From positions 2,240,001 to 2,304,000 of the forward strand of contig OZ219790.1 of NCBI GenBank assembly GCA_964291215.2: DNA of 64,000 nt, written 5' to 3'. The notes under the pieces were generated by a model, which had not been told where the DNA came from, did no database searches, and worked only from the letters and a program-made list of their open reading frames with translations. The stretch comes from Alphaproteobacteria bacterium. GTDB taxonomy: Bacteria; Pseudomonadota; Alphaproteobacteria; MPNO01; UBA830. This document shows, piece after piece, positions 21,878 to 32,569 of this stretch. Position 1 is the stretch's first letter. Each line of letters begins with the position of its first letter. The position numbers and the translations under genes were made by a program.

Positions 21878-23153
21878 TTGAAGACCCCTACGACAATTCC
21901 GGGCATCAACCCGTTTGACGATCCGCTTGACCGGATCCTTGCTGAAATCGCCTTCAGCATTCAGCTGCCGCCGTCGCTGCACAAAAAGGCGATCGAACGC
22001 TATGAAGCCGTGCAACGGTTCCTCGATTCACCGGCCACATCCTTTGAAGGCCTGATCGAGTATTTCTATCCCCAGGGATCGATGGCGATCGATGCTACGA
22101 TCGCCACACGGGGAACCGACGACGAATTCGATCTCGACATTGTCCTGCAACTCGGCGGCCGCTTTCGGTCGATGAGCCCGCTCGACATTCTCAGAGAACT
22201 TGAGACAGCGTTACAGGACTATCACGGTGTCAAAGTCGCCCAGCAGACGCGTTGTGTGACACTCTATTACAACGACGGCATGCATCTCGACATCACGCCG
22301 TCGGTTCGCGAACTGGGGACACCCGAGCGCCAAAGCCACATCATGCATGCCAAAGGCCCGTCGGTTTCCGCCCAAGATCACCTGGTGGCGATGAATGCTT
22401 ACGGTTTTGCCGGCTGGTACAATCTGCGAACGCCCCTCGAACAGCACGTCTATGACGCCTTTGCCAAACGGTGGCATGATTTTGAGGTGGCACGAAACCG
22501 GGCGGATGCCGACGTTGACGATGTACCGGAGCAGCAGGCCTTTGTCGTCAAGAATACGGCGACACTTGCATTGCAATTGCACAAGAGGTCACGCAACATC
22601 CGCTATGCGGACAATACCGGCCGGATCATTCCATCGGTGCTGTTGTCCTATATCGGTGCTGTTGTCCTATTATGCAGGCGGTTCGGCGCGTCCGAACATG
22701 CGGCTCTCCGATATGGTCGTACGGATCGCCAACCAGATCATCTCCGAGATCGAAACGGCCTCACTTTATCGATCCACGCTGCATGTCACCAATCCGGTTC
22801 ATGACGAAGATGTCTTTACCGATCGCTGGCCCGAAACGGTCTCGCAACAGAATGAACACGCAGATTTCCTGAAAGAACTGGTTCGCGGCCTTTCTTCGAT
22901 CCAGCGCGGCGAGATGGACCCCGAGGGGATGATGGACTGGATGCGGCAGCATTTCGGTCAGTTGGTCGTAACCGCCGCGGCCGACCGGATCGCCCAGCAG
23001 GTCGGCGGAGCTGTCCAGGATAGCCGCCAGCGCTATACCCGCCGCGGCGGGATTCTGCTGCCGACGCCCGGGATCATCGCTGGTGCCGGCGCCGCAGCAA
23101 GTCGGGCAGCTGCCGAACCCAAGCCGCATACGTTCTTCGGGAAGAAGATCTGA
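21878..23153 (+). pseudogene. CBASS CD-NTase (cGAS/DncV-like), frameshifted by a 19-bp duplication
   Basis: YPQGSMAIDATI, DEFDLD, MHLDITP, C-terminal PHTFFGKKI; removing one repeat unit gives a single 418-aa ORF. Confidence 0.88.
22633..22670 (+). repeat. Exact 19-bp tandem duplication ATCGGTGCTGTTGTCCTAT x2
   Basis: Read directly from the sequence. Confidence 0.97.
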
Positions 23154-23602
23154 TGAGCGCGCGGGTATTGTCGCTCGGCAACCAGATTGACGCGATGAGG
23201 GCCGCTTGGCCGAGGTTTTCGGCCCGCGGTGGGGATCGGCGACAGAATATTCGCTGGATCGGCGTACTCAGACCTCAGTTCGTCGAGTACCGCGTCGAGA
23301 TCAGATACCGATTGCTCGACTTTCCCGAGGTCCGGATCCTTTCACCGACCTTGAAGCAGCTGCCAGGGAATGACGAAGGGGCGTTGCCGCATGTTTACCC
23401 GCCGGCCGACGATCCGACCCTTTGCCTTTTCGATCCGGCAGCCGATGAATGGCATCCTTCTATGGCGATCGCTCAAACGATCGTTCCTTGGACCATCGAC
23501 TGGCTCGCCTGTTACGAGTGGTGGCTGATCACCGGCAAATGGACCGGCGGTGGCCGTCACCCAACGGAGGACGCTTCTGATCGAATGGGAGAAAGTGCAT
23601 GA
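23153..23602 (+). CDS. Stand-alone E2-like protein of short type II CBASS
   Basis: LPHVY...LCLFDP...EW...PWTIDWLACYEWWLITGKWTGGGRHP; coupled to the CD-NTase stop. Confidence 0.8.
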   Translation: MSARVLSLGNQIDAMRAAWPRFSARGGDRRQNIRWIGVLRPQFVEYRVEIRYRLLDFPEVRILSPTLKQLPGNDEGALPHVYPPADDPTLCLFDPAADEWHPSMAIAQTIVPWTIDWLACYEWWLITGKWTGGGRHPTEDASDRMGESA

Positions 23603-24633
23603 ACATTCAGGTTCCAAGACGGTCCGACGGCACAATCCAGCAGACCCGGCTCAAACAACCTTGGCCGAAAGACAAACTGTTCAGGATCCTGTCGATCGAT
23701 GGCGGCGGCATACGCGGGGTTTTTCCCGCCGCTTATCTGGCGGAAATCGAGAAGCGTTTCTTGAACGGTGTGCCGGTCTCGAGATATTTCGACATGATAG
23801 CCGGCACCTCGACCGGCGGTATCATAGCGCTCGCCCTTGCGAGTAAAATGACGGCGGCACAAGCGCTGGCAATATATTCCGAGCGAGGCGAACGGATCTT
23901 CCCCCGGAAGTCCGGCGTCGGGAAACTCACCCAGGCGGCGCGCTGGCTGACCAGGCCCAAGCACAATCCGTCGGTGTTGCAGGAGGAGCTCGAACAAGTG
24001 TTTGGCGATCGTCTTCTCGACGATGCGTCAACCCGACTTGTCATTCCCAGTTTCGAAGGTCTCCACGGCGAGCCCTTCCTCTACAAGACACCGCACCATC
24101 CGGACTATCAATTGGATCGCCACAAGAAGATGGCCGAGATCGCCCTGCACACATCCGCGGCGCCGTCATACTTTCCGGCCGTCGAAAACAATGGCCATGT
24201 CATGCTCGATGGCGGTTTGTGGGCGAACAATCCGGTCATGAATGCCCTGGTTGACGCTCTTGCGTGCTTCGACGTGCCCCGCGAGAACATTCGTATCCTG
24301 TCGATCGGCACCGGTGAATCGACATTTACGGTTGATGAGGCTGCGCGGCAGGGCGGAATTAAGCATTGGGCATTCCTGCGCGCCTTCAACGCGGCCTCAA
24401 GGGCGCAGTCAAAAAACGCCTTGGGGCAGACCTATCTGCTTACTGGCAAAAACAATGTTCTCAGGATCGACGTGCCAGAAAGCGACAAGCCGATCGGACT
24501 GGACGATGGACCAAGATCACTGAAGGAACTTCCGTTGGTCGCCAGATCACTGGTCGAAGGATCTGGCCATCTTGTCGAAAGAACATTTCTTCAACAAAGG
24601 GCAGCCCGATTTGAGAAGTACGAGGCCGTTTAG
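23599..24633 (+). CDS. capV: CBASS patatin-like phospholipase effector (CapV-like)
   Basis: LSIDGGGIRG, GTSTGG, YKTPHH, SAAPSYF, DGGLWANNP. Confidence 0.9.
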   Translation: MNIQVPRRSDGTIQQTRLKQPWPKDKLFRILSIDGGGIRGVFPAAYLAEIEKRFLNGVPVSRYFDMIAGTSTGGIIALALASKMTAAQALAIYSERGERIFPRKSGVGKLTQAARWLTRPKHNPSVLQEELEQVFGDRLLDDASTRLVIPSFEGLHGEPFLYKTPHHPDYQLDRHKKMAEIALHTSAAPSYFPAVENNGHVMLDGGLWANNPVMNALVDALACFDVPRENIRILSIGTGESTFTVDEAARQGGIKHWAFLRAFNAASRAQSKNALGQTYLLTGKNNVLRIDVPESDKPIGLDDGPRSLKELPLVARSLVEGSGHLVERTFLQQRAARFEKYEAV

Positions 24634-24731
24634 TTCTACTCTTTCCCAGTTGAAGCCAGCTCCGGGGAGCTCACAAGAAGCCCAATGATGATGGTGCCGA
24701 GAACGCTCTTCGGACCCATCACGTCGCAACG

Positions 24732-25095
24732 TTAACGAGGTATTTCGAAAGCCGTAATTATCGGATTGTGATCGGTGATGTGGCGTGTGATGTCGTCAAG
24801 GGTCAGTTCAGGCATGAGAGACTCCAAACTGACAATCTCGGTGCCGCCTTGGATCAATTGGTCCTCAAGCGTACCAAACCCTCCGACATGGCTCATAACG
24901 ATTGGTCCCCACCTCTTGCTGACAAGTGTTGAAGATCCCTCCGGCAAATCAGCTGTTCCAAATCTAACACCCCGGCTGAGCAACAAGTCCATCTCCGGCG
25001 CATCGAGACCGACCTGAGTGCGCCCTACCAGTAATATCGGCTGGTCCTCGCCACGGCGGGATATCCAGTCGCTTATGGCTTGAAGTTCTGCCGTG
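24732..25095 (-). pseudogene. 3' remnant of an unidentified gene next to the IS256 end
   Basis: Open frame ...AELQAISDW...TAFEIPR with no clear start. Confidence 0.3.
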
Positions 25096-25109
25096 CGCCG
25101 TCATCACAC

Positions 25110-28100
25110 GGTACTGTAACTTGATGTCTGGAAATTTGTCTGAGGTTTGCGCTTTGAGGCGTTTCACTGGGGGGGCTAGCCCTGCCGTGTCATGACAAAT
25201 CTGGTTGACAATGGTTTACGTGTTCACGCGTGTCTTTGTCTATCCCGGAACCCGATTTCCCGGCCGATTTGGTGACCCAGTGCGGCGCTGGTGTGTCTGG
25301 CCACATGATCTGGTGACCCGGGCGTGCTTTCGGTCGCGGTAGCCGCCGAGATGGGCGACCAGGTGCACCGCATCGGCGAGACGCTCCGGTTCCTTCAGGG
25401 CGTACTTGTGTGCGTAGTCGCGCGAGTTCGCTGTCGGTGAACATCAGCTGCGGCTCGCACCTGGCGGCCGAGCAGGGTCATGACCATGATGCGCCATGCG
25501 ATGACGGCGTTGATCGCCCGCTGCAGGCGGTGCGGAACAGCAGGTGTTCCACCCTGCATCCGGATTTGAGCACGTAATCCTCGATTCGCCAGCGCTGAAG
25601 GTAGAAGCCGACGATGTCGGCCGCCTCCTTCGCCAACCCGCACGGTGGTCAGCAGGCACCGGGATCCTCACCCTCGGGCGCTCCCTGACCCCGTGCAGGG
25701 ACACCGGCTTCGCGCTGGGGGCGGTGCCCGTCACGGGCAGCGTGACGGACCGCAACTCGCCAGGCGCTTCTGTCGCGCGGGCCTTCTTCCGGCTGGCTTG
25801 CTCCGTCAGTCCCTCGATCTCAATCAGGCCTGCACCGCCGGCCATGACGGCGAACAGCCTTCCCTCCTTCAGCACCCTGTCATGCTTGGCGCGCAGATCG
25901 ACGCGGGGCAAGCGCGTGTCGAACAGCTCGAAGATGTCGGCTTCCCGACGGAGATGACGCGCGTCTTGCCGCCGGGGTGGCAGCGGCGATATCCTTGAAC
26001 CCCTCGAGCCAGCGCTGCGGCGTGTCTCCTGCGACCGGGGCTTCACCGGACCCAGCACCCCGAGTGGCAGGTCAGTCACCGCCAGGGTCGCGTGCAGGCT
26101 TGAGGCCCCGGTCTGGTTCTCACCTGCAGGCCGTCGCAGCCGGGAGAAGTTCAGGTCCGTGCCGCAAGAACCGTCTTCTGGCCACGGATGCGCCGGATGC
26201 TGCGCTCACGGTGCGGCGCAAGAATGTTCGCCGGCGTGATCTCCGAGGGCGACCATCCGGTAAAACGCATTGATCGCGGTGTTGTCGGCGCTGGGAGACG
26301 CATTGATCTTCTGACCGGCCGCCAGAAGGCTGGCGCTCCAGGCGCGCAGAAAGTCGCTTGTCACCCCCCTCCAAACTCGTTCTGCGCCCAGTCGTTCAGA
26401 CCTTCGCCCGGCGAGGGCGCATGATCGACCTCCCCAGCTTCCTGCGCGCTCCAGTTCGGCCACGAAGACCGTCTTCACCGTCTCCCAGTGCTCCCGATCC
26501 TGCCGGCCTTCGGTCCTGCACAGGAAGTTGGCCGCGCGCAGGCAGGGTAACCTTCATCGGCAAAACTGAGCCATGGTCGAAACGGTCCTCGAAGTCACGC
26601 GGCGCAGGATGCGCACATGGCTGGCTAGATGCGGGCAGAGCACCTGATCAAGAAACGGCTCAGACAGACGATCCGCTGCAGGTGGTTCCGGCGCTGCCCG
26701 TCGTTCCATCCAGCGGTCCCGCGCCGCGCGGCGGCGGCAAACCCCGCTGCGCCACCCGTGCGCCGAGCCCACGAGATATTGGCAGCCGGCGAAGGTCGTC
26801 GCGGGTGTTCACGCGCAATCAGCGTGACCGCTCGGTCAATACGATCCCCGACCACGATGATCCCGAATGCGCGCGCCGGAACCTCTGCAGCGATACCAAC
26901 AGGCGAGGCCGGCGGTCGATTGTCGGTGACTTCGGCACCGGCAGGACGATCTCCGGGCGCCCTCAGCGCCTTCATGCAGCCGGCAAGCTGCAGACGGCCG
27001 CGCGCGTCGACAAAGGCAAACTCCTCGCAGACGACCCAGAGCCGACCGGCTGTCGAACTGCTCACAGGACAGCAGCGACGCGATCCGCGCAACTGCTGCC
27101 TCGTCCCGCAATGTGCGGCTGATCTGAGACTGTGACATGGGACACTTATGCCACGCCGAAACACCGTTGTTCAGCTAAAATTTCCGTGACATGCGAGGGC
27201 TAGCCCCCCCAGTGAAACGCGGCGCCATCGTGCTATCCCATGGAGCTGTAAACATTCATGGAGGAAGCGAATGGACCTGCGACACACTACGACGATCGGG
27301 ACTGTTTTGGAACATCTGATCGCAAACGGAGCAACGGATCTGGGGCGGGTCTTTGGCCAGCTCTTCGAGCTTGCGATGCAAATCGAGCGCGAGCAGCACT
27401 TGAAAGCGGGCCACTGGACACCGGAGCGACAGGGCTATGCCAACGGCTACAAGCGGATCGACACCCCCACTGTTGCCGTTCAGGTGCCAAACGGTCACGG
27501 GGACGACCCCCCCCCCCCCAGTCGCTTGAACGCGGCCAGCGATCTTCTCGCGCCGTAGCCGAGATGTACATCAAGGGTGTTTCCACACGGCAGGATGTAA
27601 TGCGCGAGTTCGGGAGCCTGTCCTCTTCTCAGGGGCCACCAGGTTGCTCGATGAAGAACTCGCCGCGCAACCGGCCCCTGATGAAATACCTGGATGCGCG
27701 CTACGAAAAAGCCCGCCATGACAGCGTTGTGCGCGATGTTGCAGTGCTCTCGGCCATCGGAATAGGGGCTGCAGGCACGTTCTGGGGCTTTCTGTGGCGC
27801 TCTCCGAGGCCGAGGTCCATTGGAGAGCCTTCCTGGAAAGCTTGCTAGCCCTGCATGGTACGACCTTCATCGTCTCGGATGCCGGGTTGAAAGCGGCACG
27901 ACGCGCGGTGCTGGGCGCGGCGACATGGCAGCGCTGCCAGTTCCACCTGGCGCAAAACGCCGTGCACCGAACAACGACATCAGGAAACGTATCGGAAAAC
28001 AGCTCGGAGCCACGCCTCCTCACTTCAAACCGCCGAGGCTGAACTGGGCGCCCTCGTGGCCAGCTATCGCAACAAGCATCCTGGCTTCCTGGCTGGAAAA

Positions 28101-28369
28101 CAATGCGGGGCTCGCTGTCTTCACCTTGCCCGATGCTCACCGCAAGCGCATGCGAACCTCGAACGGCATCAAGCGACCGATCCAGCAAGAGCTCAAGCGG
28201 CGCACCTCCAAAGCCAGGGTCTTTCCGAACCTCGCCTCGTTGGAGCGCCTCTCAACCGCGGTCCTCGTCGAGGTCGACGAAAAATGGGAAACCGAAACCA
28301 AGATCAAATGGGAACAGCTCGATGACTGAGAGCTTCACGACAATTTCCAGACATCAGGTTGCGTAATCC
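25110..28369 (+). mobile_element. Decayed IS256-family element, copy B, interrupted by an IS4-family element
   Basis: Left end GGTACTGTAACTTGATGTCTGGAAAT at 25110, body 27197-28369, right end ATTTCCAGACATCAGGTTGCGTAATCC. Confidence 0.88.
25183..27196 (-). mobile_element. Decayed IS4/Tn5-like element with N-terminal DUF4338-like domain
   Basis: GDKRLSARL, READIFELF, RAKHDR, AINAVIAWRIMVMTLLGR; 10-bp flanking repeat GGGCTAGCCC. Confidence 0.8.
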
Positions 28370-28557
28370 GCTTTTCTGTAACGCCTCAATCTGGCATCGC
28401 TCTTCGTAGGCCAGGTGACGGTAGCCTTTGGACATGAACAAGCTCCCTCCATCTTGTACAGGAACTTTCGCCGCTGCTGGACAGCTCCGCAACATCATGC
28501 GTCTAAAAACACATGGCCACAGCCCATCATGTGTTGCACTTCACTATGGAACGGGGG
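28370..28557 (-). mobile_element. IS30-family left end with transposase N-terminus
   Basis: MSKGYRHLAYEERCQIEALQKSG, cut by IS256. Confidence 0.8.
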
Positions 28558-28773
28558 GATCCATTTTGCCAGCGGTCTCTGTCGTTGCTCTATGGAAAGG
28601 TTGTCAGAGTTACCGTTTATCCTTTGGCTTAGCCGAGTTACTTCCACCGCCAATTTGCCATCCACAACGAAATCAGGCGGATCGTTGCACTGATTCCGAA
28701 TATCACCGTATCCTTGGGCCTTCAGCCACTTCTGGGCAATGACTTCATCGTGGTTTTCGTGCTGGCTGCTCAT
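28558..28773 (-). pseudogene. Truncated putative PD-(D/E)XK-like nuclease
   Basis: MSSQHENHDE...DPPDFVVDGKLAVEVTRL; lower GC; cut by the IS30 end. Confidence 0.45.
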
Positions 28774-28807
28774 TTCAAACTCCGTATTGCGGCCTGTTTT
28801 GCCCAAG

Positions 28808-31636
28808 TCACCTTGAGGCTGATCCGCGCACCCGATGCCTGGAGCGTCGTTTCGGTTGCCGGCGCATGACAGTATCCAGAGGCACGCGCATGCTCTCATA
28901 CAGCATGAACAGGTGCTCGACCCGTTCGCGCTCGGAGGAGAACCGCCTCTGCCGGTATAGCCGGTCCACCGCTCGGTCGAGGCGCGTGTGGGCGCGGCGG
29001 AGGGTTGGGGGCATGAGGTCAGGGTCGTAGAGGTCGGCCAGCGTCGCGCCCGGATGGCCGGCACGGGCGTCGAGGACGGCCTGAGCCAGCGGCTCCAGAT
29101 TCGACAACAGGTCCGCCTCGCCGGAAGCGAAGCCGGGCGGGGTCGGGAAGGTGTTGTAGACGAGACCGATGGAATAACGGTAATCGCTCTTGAGCCGCCC
29201 ACCGACATGGCGCAACCATGCCATGTGCATCGCCGAGGTGAGCAGTGCGAAGTCGGTCAGGGTCGCGTTTTCCAGAACGCGGACGAGGTTGCTGGGAATC
29301 GTTGGAGGCTCCAGCCAGCCGATGGGCGCGTATTCTCGCCGCTCCGAACTGACCTCGGGGATCACCAGGAACGGCGAGGTGGGGATGACGTTGACATGGT
29401 AGAGCGTCGGTGTCGTCGCGAGTTTGCGTGTCGGCGCGCTCTTGCTGGCCTCGCGGTAGGAGCGAACGGCAGCGATCCGCTTACGGACGCGCGGCAACTG
29501 CGCCAGCACCCCGGGCGATGTGTCTTGCAAGGCCAGAATCCACCGCTCGCCGCCTTGCAGATACTCGCGAGCGCCGACATAGGGGCGCAAATATGGCGCG
29601 GCGTCCGGTTCCGCTTCCAATAGTTCGGCGCGTTCCGCCGCGTCGAAGATGTAGTTGCCGCCGTCAATGGGCTTGGAGCCGATGATCAGTCGTCCCATCC
29701 CGTTGATCGGCGCGCTTTCCTCCCGCACCACCAGATGCGGGTCCGACAGCCCGCCCGCATCGAACAGATAGGGTGACAGCGCCCCGTGGCGGCTTTCCTC
29801 CGGGTCGCCGTTGATGTCGGGATAGCTGAACAGCCGCTTCTCCGGCCGCGCGGCCGCGCGCCGGTCGAGGCCGAGGATGACGACATGCACATGCGCCTTG
29901 CCGCGCGCATCCGATCCCCATGCGAAGGTCCGGTGCGCGAAGGCGATCTCCAGCTTGCAGCGCCCGAACAGCACCGGCCATAGCTGCGCGACCTGCTCGC
30001 CCTGCGTGATCGAGTTGGTCGCGACAAAGCCGACCCGGGCATCGCCGCCCTTCACATACTCTCCTGCCTTGATGAACCATGCGGCGACGTAATCGAGCGT
30101 GCCGCCGCTCTTGCCGAGGGCCGCGATCCCGCGCACCTGCGCGCGCTGGTCCGGCGTCTGGTATTTCGCGCCGACGAACGGCGGATTGCCCAGCACGAAC
30201 GAACACTCGCCCGGCGGCAGCAATTCGGACCAGTCGGTTTCCAGCGCGTCGCCGTGGACGATATGCGGCGACTTCTCGAGCGGGATCCGCGCGTAGCTCC
30301 GGCCGAACTCCAGACTCAGCCGGTTGTTCATGATGTGGTCCATCATCCACAACGCGGTCTCCGCGATCCGGGTCGGGAACTCGCCCAGCTCGATCCCGTG
30401 GAACTGATCCACATCCACCACCGACTGCCATGCGGTGTCGAGCACTGCCTGTCCGGTCGCGGCGGTCACCTCCCGAATGTCGCGGATGACCTCGATTTCC
30501 AGCAGCCGCAATTCCCGGTAGGCGATGATGAGGAAGTTGCCGCAGCCGCACGCCGGGTCGAAAAACGTCAGGCGGCCGAGCTTCGCCTGGAACTGGCGCA
30601 GCGCCGCGAGGCGGCCCCGGCGCGCTTTCACCCGCCCGAACTCCGCGCGCAGGTCGTCCATGAACAGCGGCTCCATCACCTTGAGGATGTTCTTCTCGGT
30701 CGTGTAGTGCGCCCCTTGGGCGCGGCGCTCCGCCGGGTCCATCACCGACTGGAACAGCGCACCGAAGATCGCGGGAGAGATGTTCGACCAGTCGAAGCGG
30801 CAGGCGTCCAGCAACGCCCCGCGCATCGCCGTGTCGAACGAGAAGGTCCGCAGATGCCCCTCGAACAGGTCGCCGTTGACATAGGGGAACCGCGCCAGGT
30901 CCTCGTCGAGCGTCGCCGCGCGCTCGTCCTCCGGGGTGTCGAGCACCTCGAACAGTTGCGCGAGCCATGGCCCGAGATCGGCCCCGTCCTCGCCGGTGCG
31001 CGTTTCGATGAAGTCGAGGAAGATGTCGCGCGGCTCGAACACCCCGGTGTCGTCGGCGAACATGCAAAACACGACCCGCACAAGGAAGCGTTCGAGATCG
31101 TGGCCCCCGTGTCCGGCATCGGCGAGCGCGTCGTGCAGCCGCCCGACCAGCTCGGCGGCTTCGATGTTCGCCGGGTCCTGGTCCCGGAACGTCCGGCGCT
31201 GCACGCCTAGGATGAAGCCGAACGACTCGACATGCGCGGGCAGGTCCGCCAGCGGGAAGACAACGGTCCCCCGCTCGTCGAGATCATGAAGCTCGAAGGT
31301 CCGGAAGTCGCTCACCAGGATGAAGCGCGGGCGCTCGCGGTCCGGCAGCGCTTCGAAATACTCCCCGGCCTGTTCGTACGCTCTCCGGAGATCGCGCCCG
31401 GCGCTCTTCTGCTCGACGAGCAGCACGCCCGGCCAGAACAGGTCGATGAAGCCCGAACGGTCGTCGAGCTTCGCGACATGCGCCTCGTAGCGGGCGACGT
31501 TGCGGCGCCGCACACCGAACACATCGAAGAAGGCGTTGTAGAAGCTCTGCGTCTCGCCCTTCTCATAGGCCGCATCGCGCCACTCTTCGGCGAAGGCCGC
31601 CGCCCGTGCCCGCACCTCGTTCCACGACAGACGCAC
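28808..31636 (-). CDS. MmeI/YeeA-like fused type IIG/IIL restriction-methyltransferase
   Basis: IDLFWPGVLLVEQKS, FPYVNGDLF, GAHYT, DPACGCGNFL, GNPPF, GGRLKSDYRYS, LADLYDP. Confidence 0.93.
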   Translation of the reverse strand: MRLSWNEVRARAAAFAEEWRDAAYEKGETQSFYNAFFDVFGVRRRNVARYEAHVAKLDDRSGFIDLFWPGVLLVEQKSAGRDLRRAYEQAGEYFEALPDRERPRFILVSDFRTFELHDLDERGTVVFPLADLPAHVESFGFILGVQRRTFRDQDPANIEAAELVGRLHDALADAGHGGHDLERFLVRVVFCMFADDTGVFEPRDIFLDFIETRTGEDGADLGPWLAQLFEVLDTPEDERAATLDEDLARFPYVNGDLFEGHLRTFSFDTAMRGALLDACRFDWSNISPAIFGALFQSVMDPAERRAQGAHYTTEKNILKVMEPLFMDDLRAEFGRVKARRGRLAALRQFQAKLGRLTFFDPACGCGNFLIIAYRELRLLEIEVIRDIREVTAATGQAVLDTAWQSVVDVDQFHGIELGEFPTRIAETALWMMDHIMNNRLSLEFGRSYARIPLEKSPHIVHGDALETDWSELLPPGECSFVLGNPPFVGAKYQTPDQRAQVRGIAALGKSGGTLDYVAAWFIKAGEYVKGGDARVGFVATNSITQGEQVAQLWPVLFGRCKLEIAFAHRTFAWGSDARGKAHVHVVILGLDRRAAARPEKRLFSYPDINGDPEESRHGALSPYLFDAGGLSDPHLVVREESAPINGMGRLIIGSKPIDGGNYIFDAAERAELLEAEPDAAPYLRPYVGAREYLQGGERWILALQDTSPGVLAQLPRVRKRIAAVRSYREASKSAPTRKLATTPTLYHVNVIPTSPFLVIPEVSSERREYAPIGWLEPPTIPSNLVRVLENATLTDFALLTSAMHMAWLRHVGGRLKSDYRYSIGLVYNTFPTPPGFASGEADLLSNLEPLAQAVLDARAGHPGATLADLYDPDLMPPTLRRAHTRLDRAVDRLYRQRRFSSERERVEHLFMLYESMRVPLDTVMRRQPKRRSRHRVRGSASR

Positions 31637-31639
31637 GGC

Positions 31640-32569
31640 TTACGGCACGTCCTGATCGAAATAGTCTTCATCGATCCGCTTGACCTCGTAACGAAGCCGC
31701 GTCCGCACGCCGATTCCGTGCCGGACCATAAGCCGCGCCAGTTCTTCGCCGTCGATCAGGACGATCCGCTTCGGACTCCGAGCCACATAGTCCTTGGCGG
31801 CGCGCGTGAAGCCGGAGGTGGTGACGAAAACGCCCTTCGTCGTGCCTGCGGCGTCGATCGCGCCCGCAAAGTTGCGCAGCTCGCCTTCGCCCACAGTGTT
31901 GCCTTCCGCGTATTTCTTCGCCTGCACGTAAACCTCGTCCAGACCCAGCGCATCCTCCCGGACCGTGCCGTCGATTCCGCCATCGCCCGAACGTCCCGTC
32001 ACGCGGCCCATCGCGGCATCACCGCCGCTATAGCCCATCGCGATCAGCAAATCGACAACTGCTCGTTCGAGAAACGCCGGTGCCGCATCGCGAACCCGAG
32101 CCAGTACCTCGGCTTCCAGAGCGCTGCTCAGCTGTCGCCAGGCGTGGTCCAGAACTTCCTCCGGGGTGTCGGCGAGGTCTTCGTTCTGCTCGGATGTTGC
32201 ATCTTCGCCGGTAGGCGGAGCGTTCGCGCGTTGCAACCATTTGGCGAAATTCGGGTACTCTCCAAGCAGGTTCAGGTCGATCCGCGAAGGCGCGCGAGAC
32301 AACAAGCGTTCACCTTCGTCCGTGAGCCGATAGACACCGCGACGGACCCGCTCCAGCAGCCCGGCTCGTGCCATGTAGCTCACGGCCCAACTCACACGGT
32401 TGACGAACACCGCCTGCCGACCGCTCAGGAGCATTTCCCGGACATCTTCCGCCGAGAGTCCCTCAGCGGCGGCAATACGCTCGCGGACTTCGGAAAGTGA
32501 CAGCTCCCCATCGCCGACGAACGCCTTGAGAGCGGGAAGCATCAGCGACTGGAAATCAGGAACGGGCAT
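31640..32569 (-). CDS. mrr: Mrr type IV restriction endonuclease
   Basis: MPVPDFQSLMLP, NRVSWA, DGGIDG, DALGLDEVYVQAKKY, LIDGEELA. Confidence 0.93.
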   Translation of the reverse strand: MPVPDFQSLMLPALKAFVGDGELSLSEVRERIAAAEGLSAEDVREMLLSGRQAVFVNRVSWAVSYMARAGLLERVRRGVYRLTDEGERLLSRAPSRIDLNLLGEYPNFAKWLQRANAPPTGEDATSEQNEDLADTPEEVLDHAWRQLSSALEAEVLARVRDAAPAFLERAVVDLLIAMGYSGGDAAMGRVTGRSGDGGIDGTVREDALGLDEVYVQAKKYAEGNTVGEGELRNFAGAIDAAGTTKGVFVTTSGFTRAAKDYVARSPKRIVLIDGEELARLMVRHGIGVRTRLRYEVKRIDEDYFDQDVP

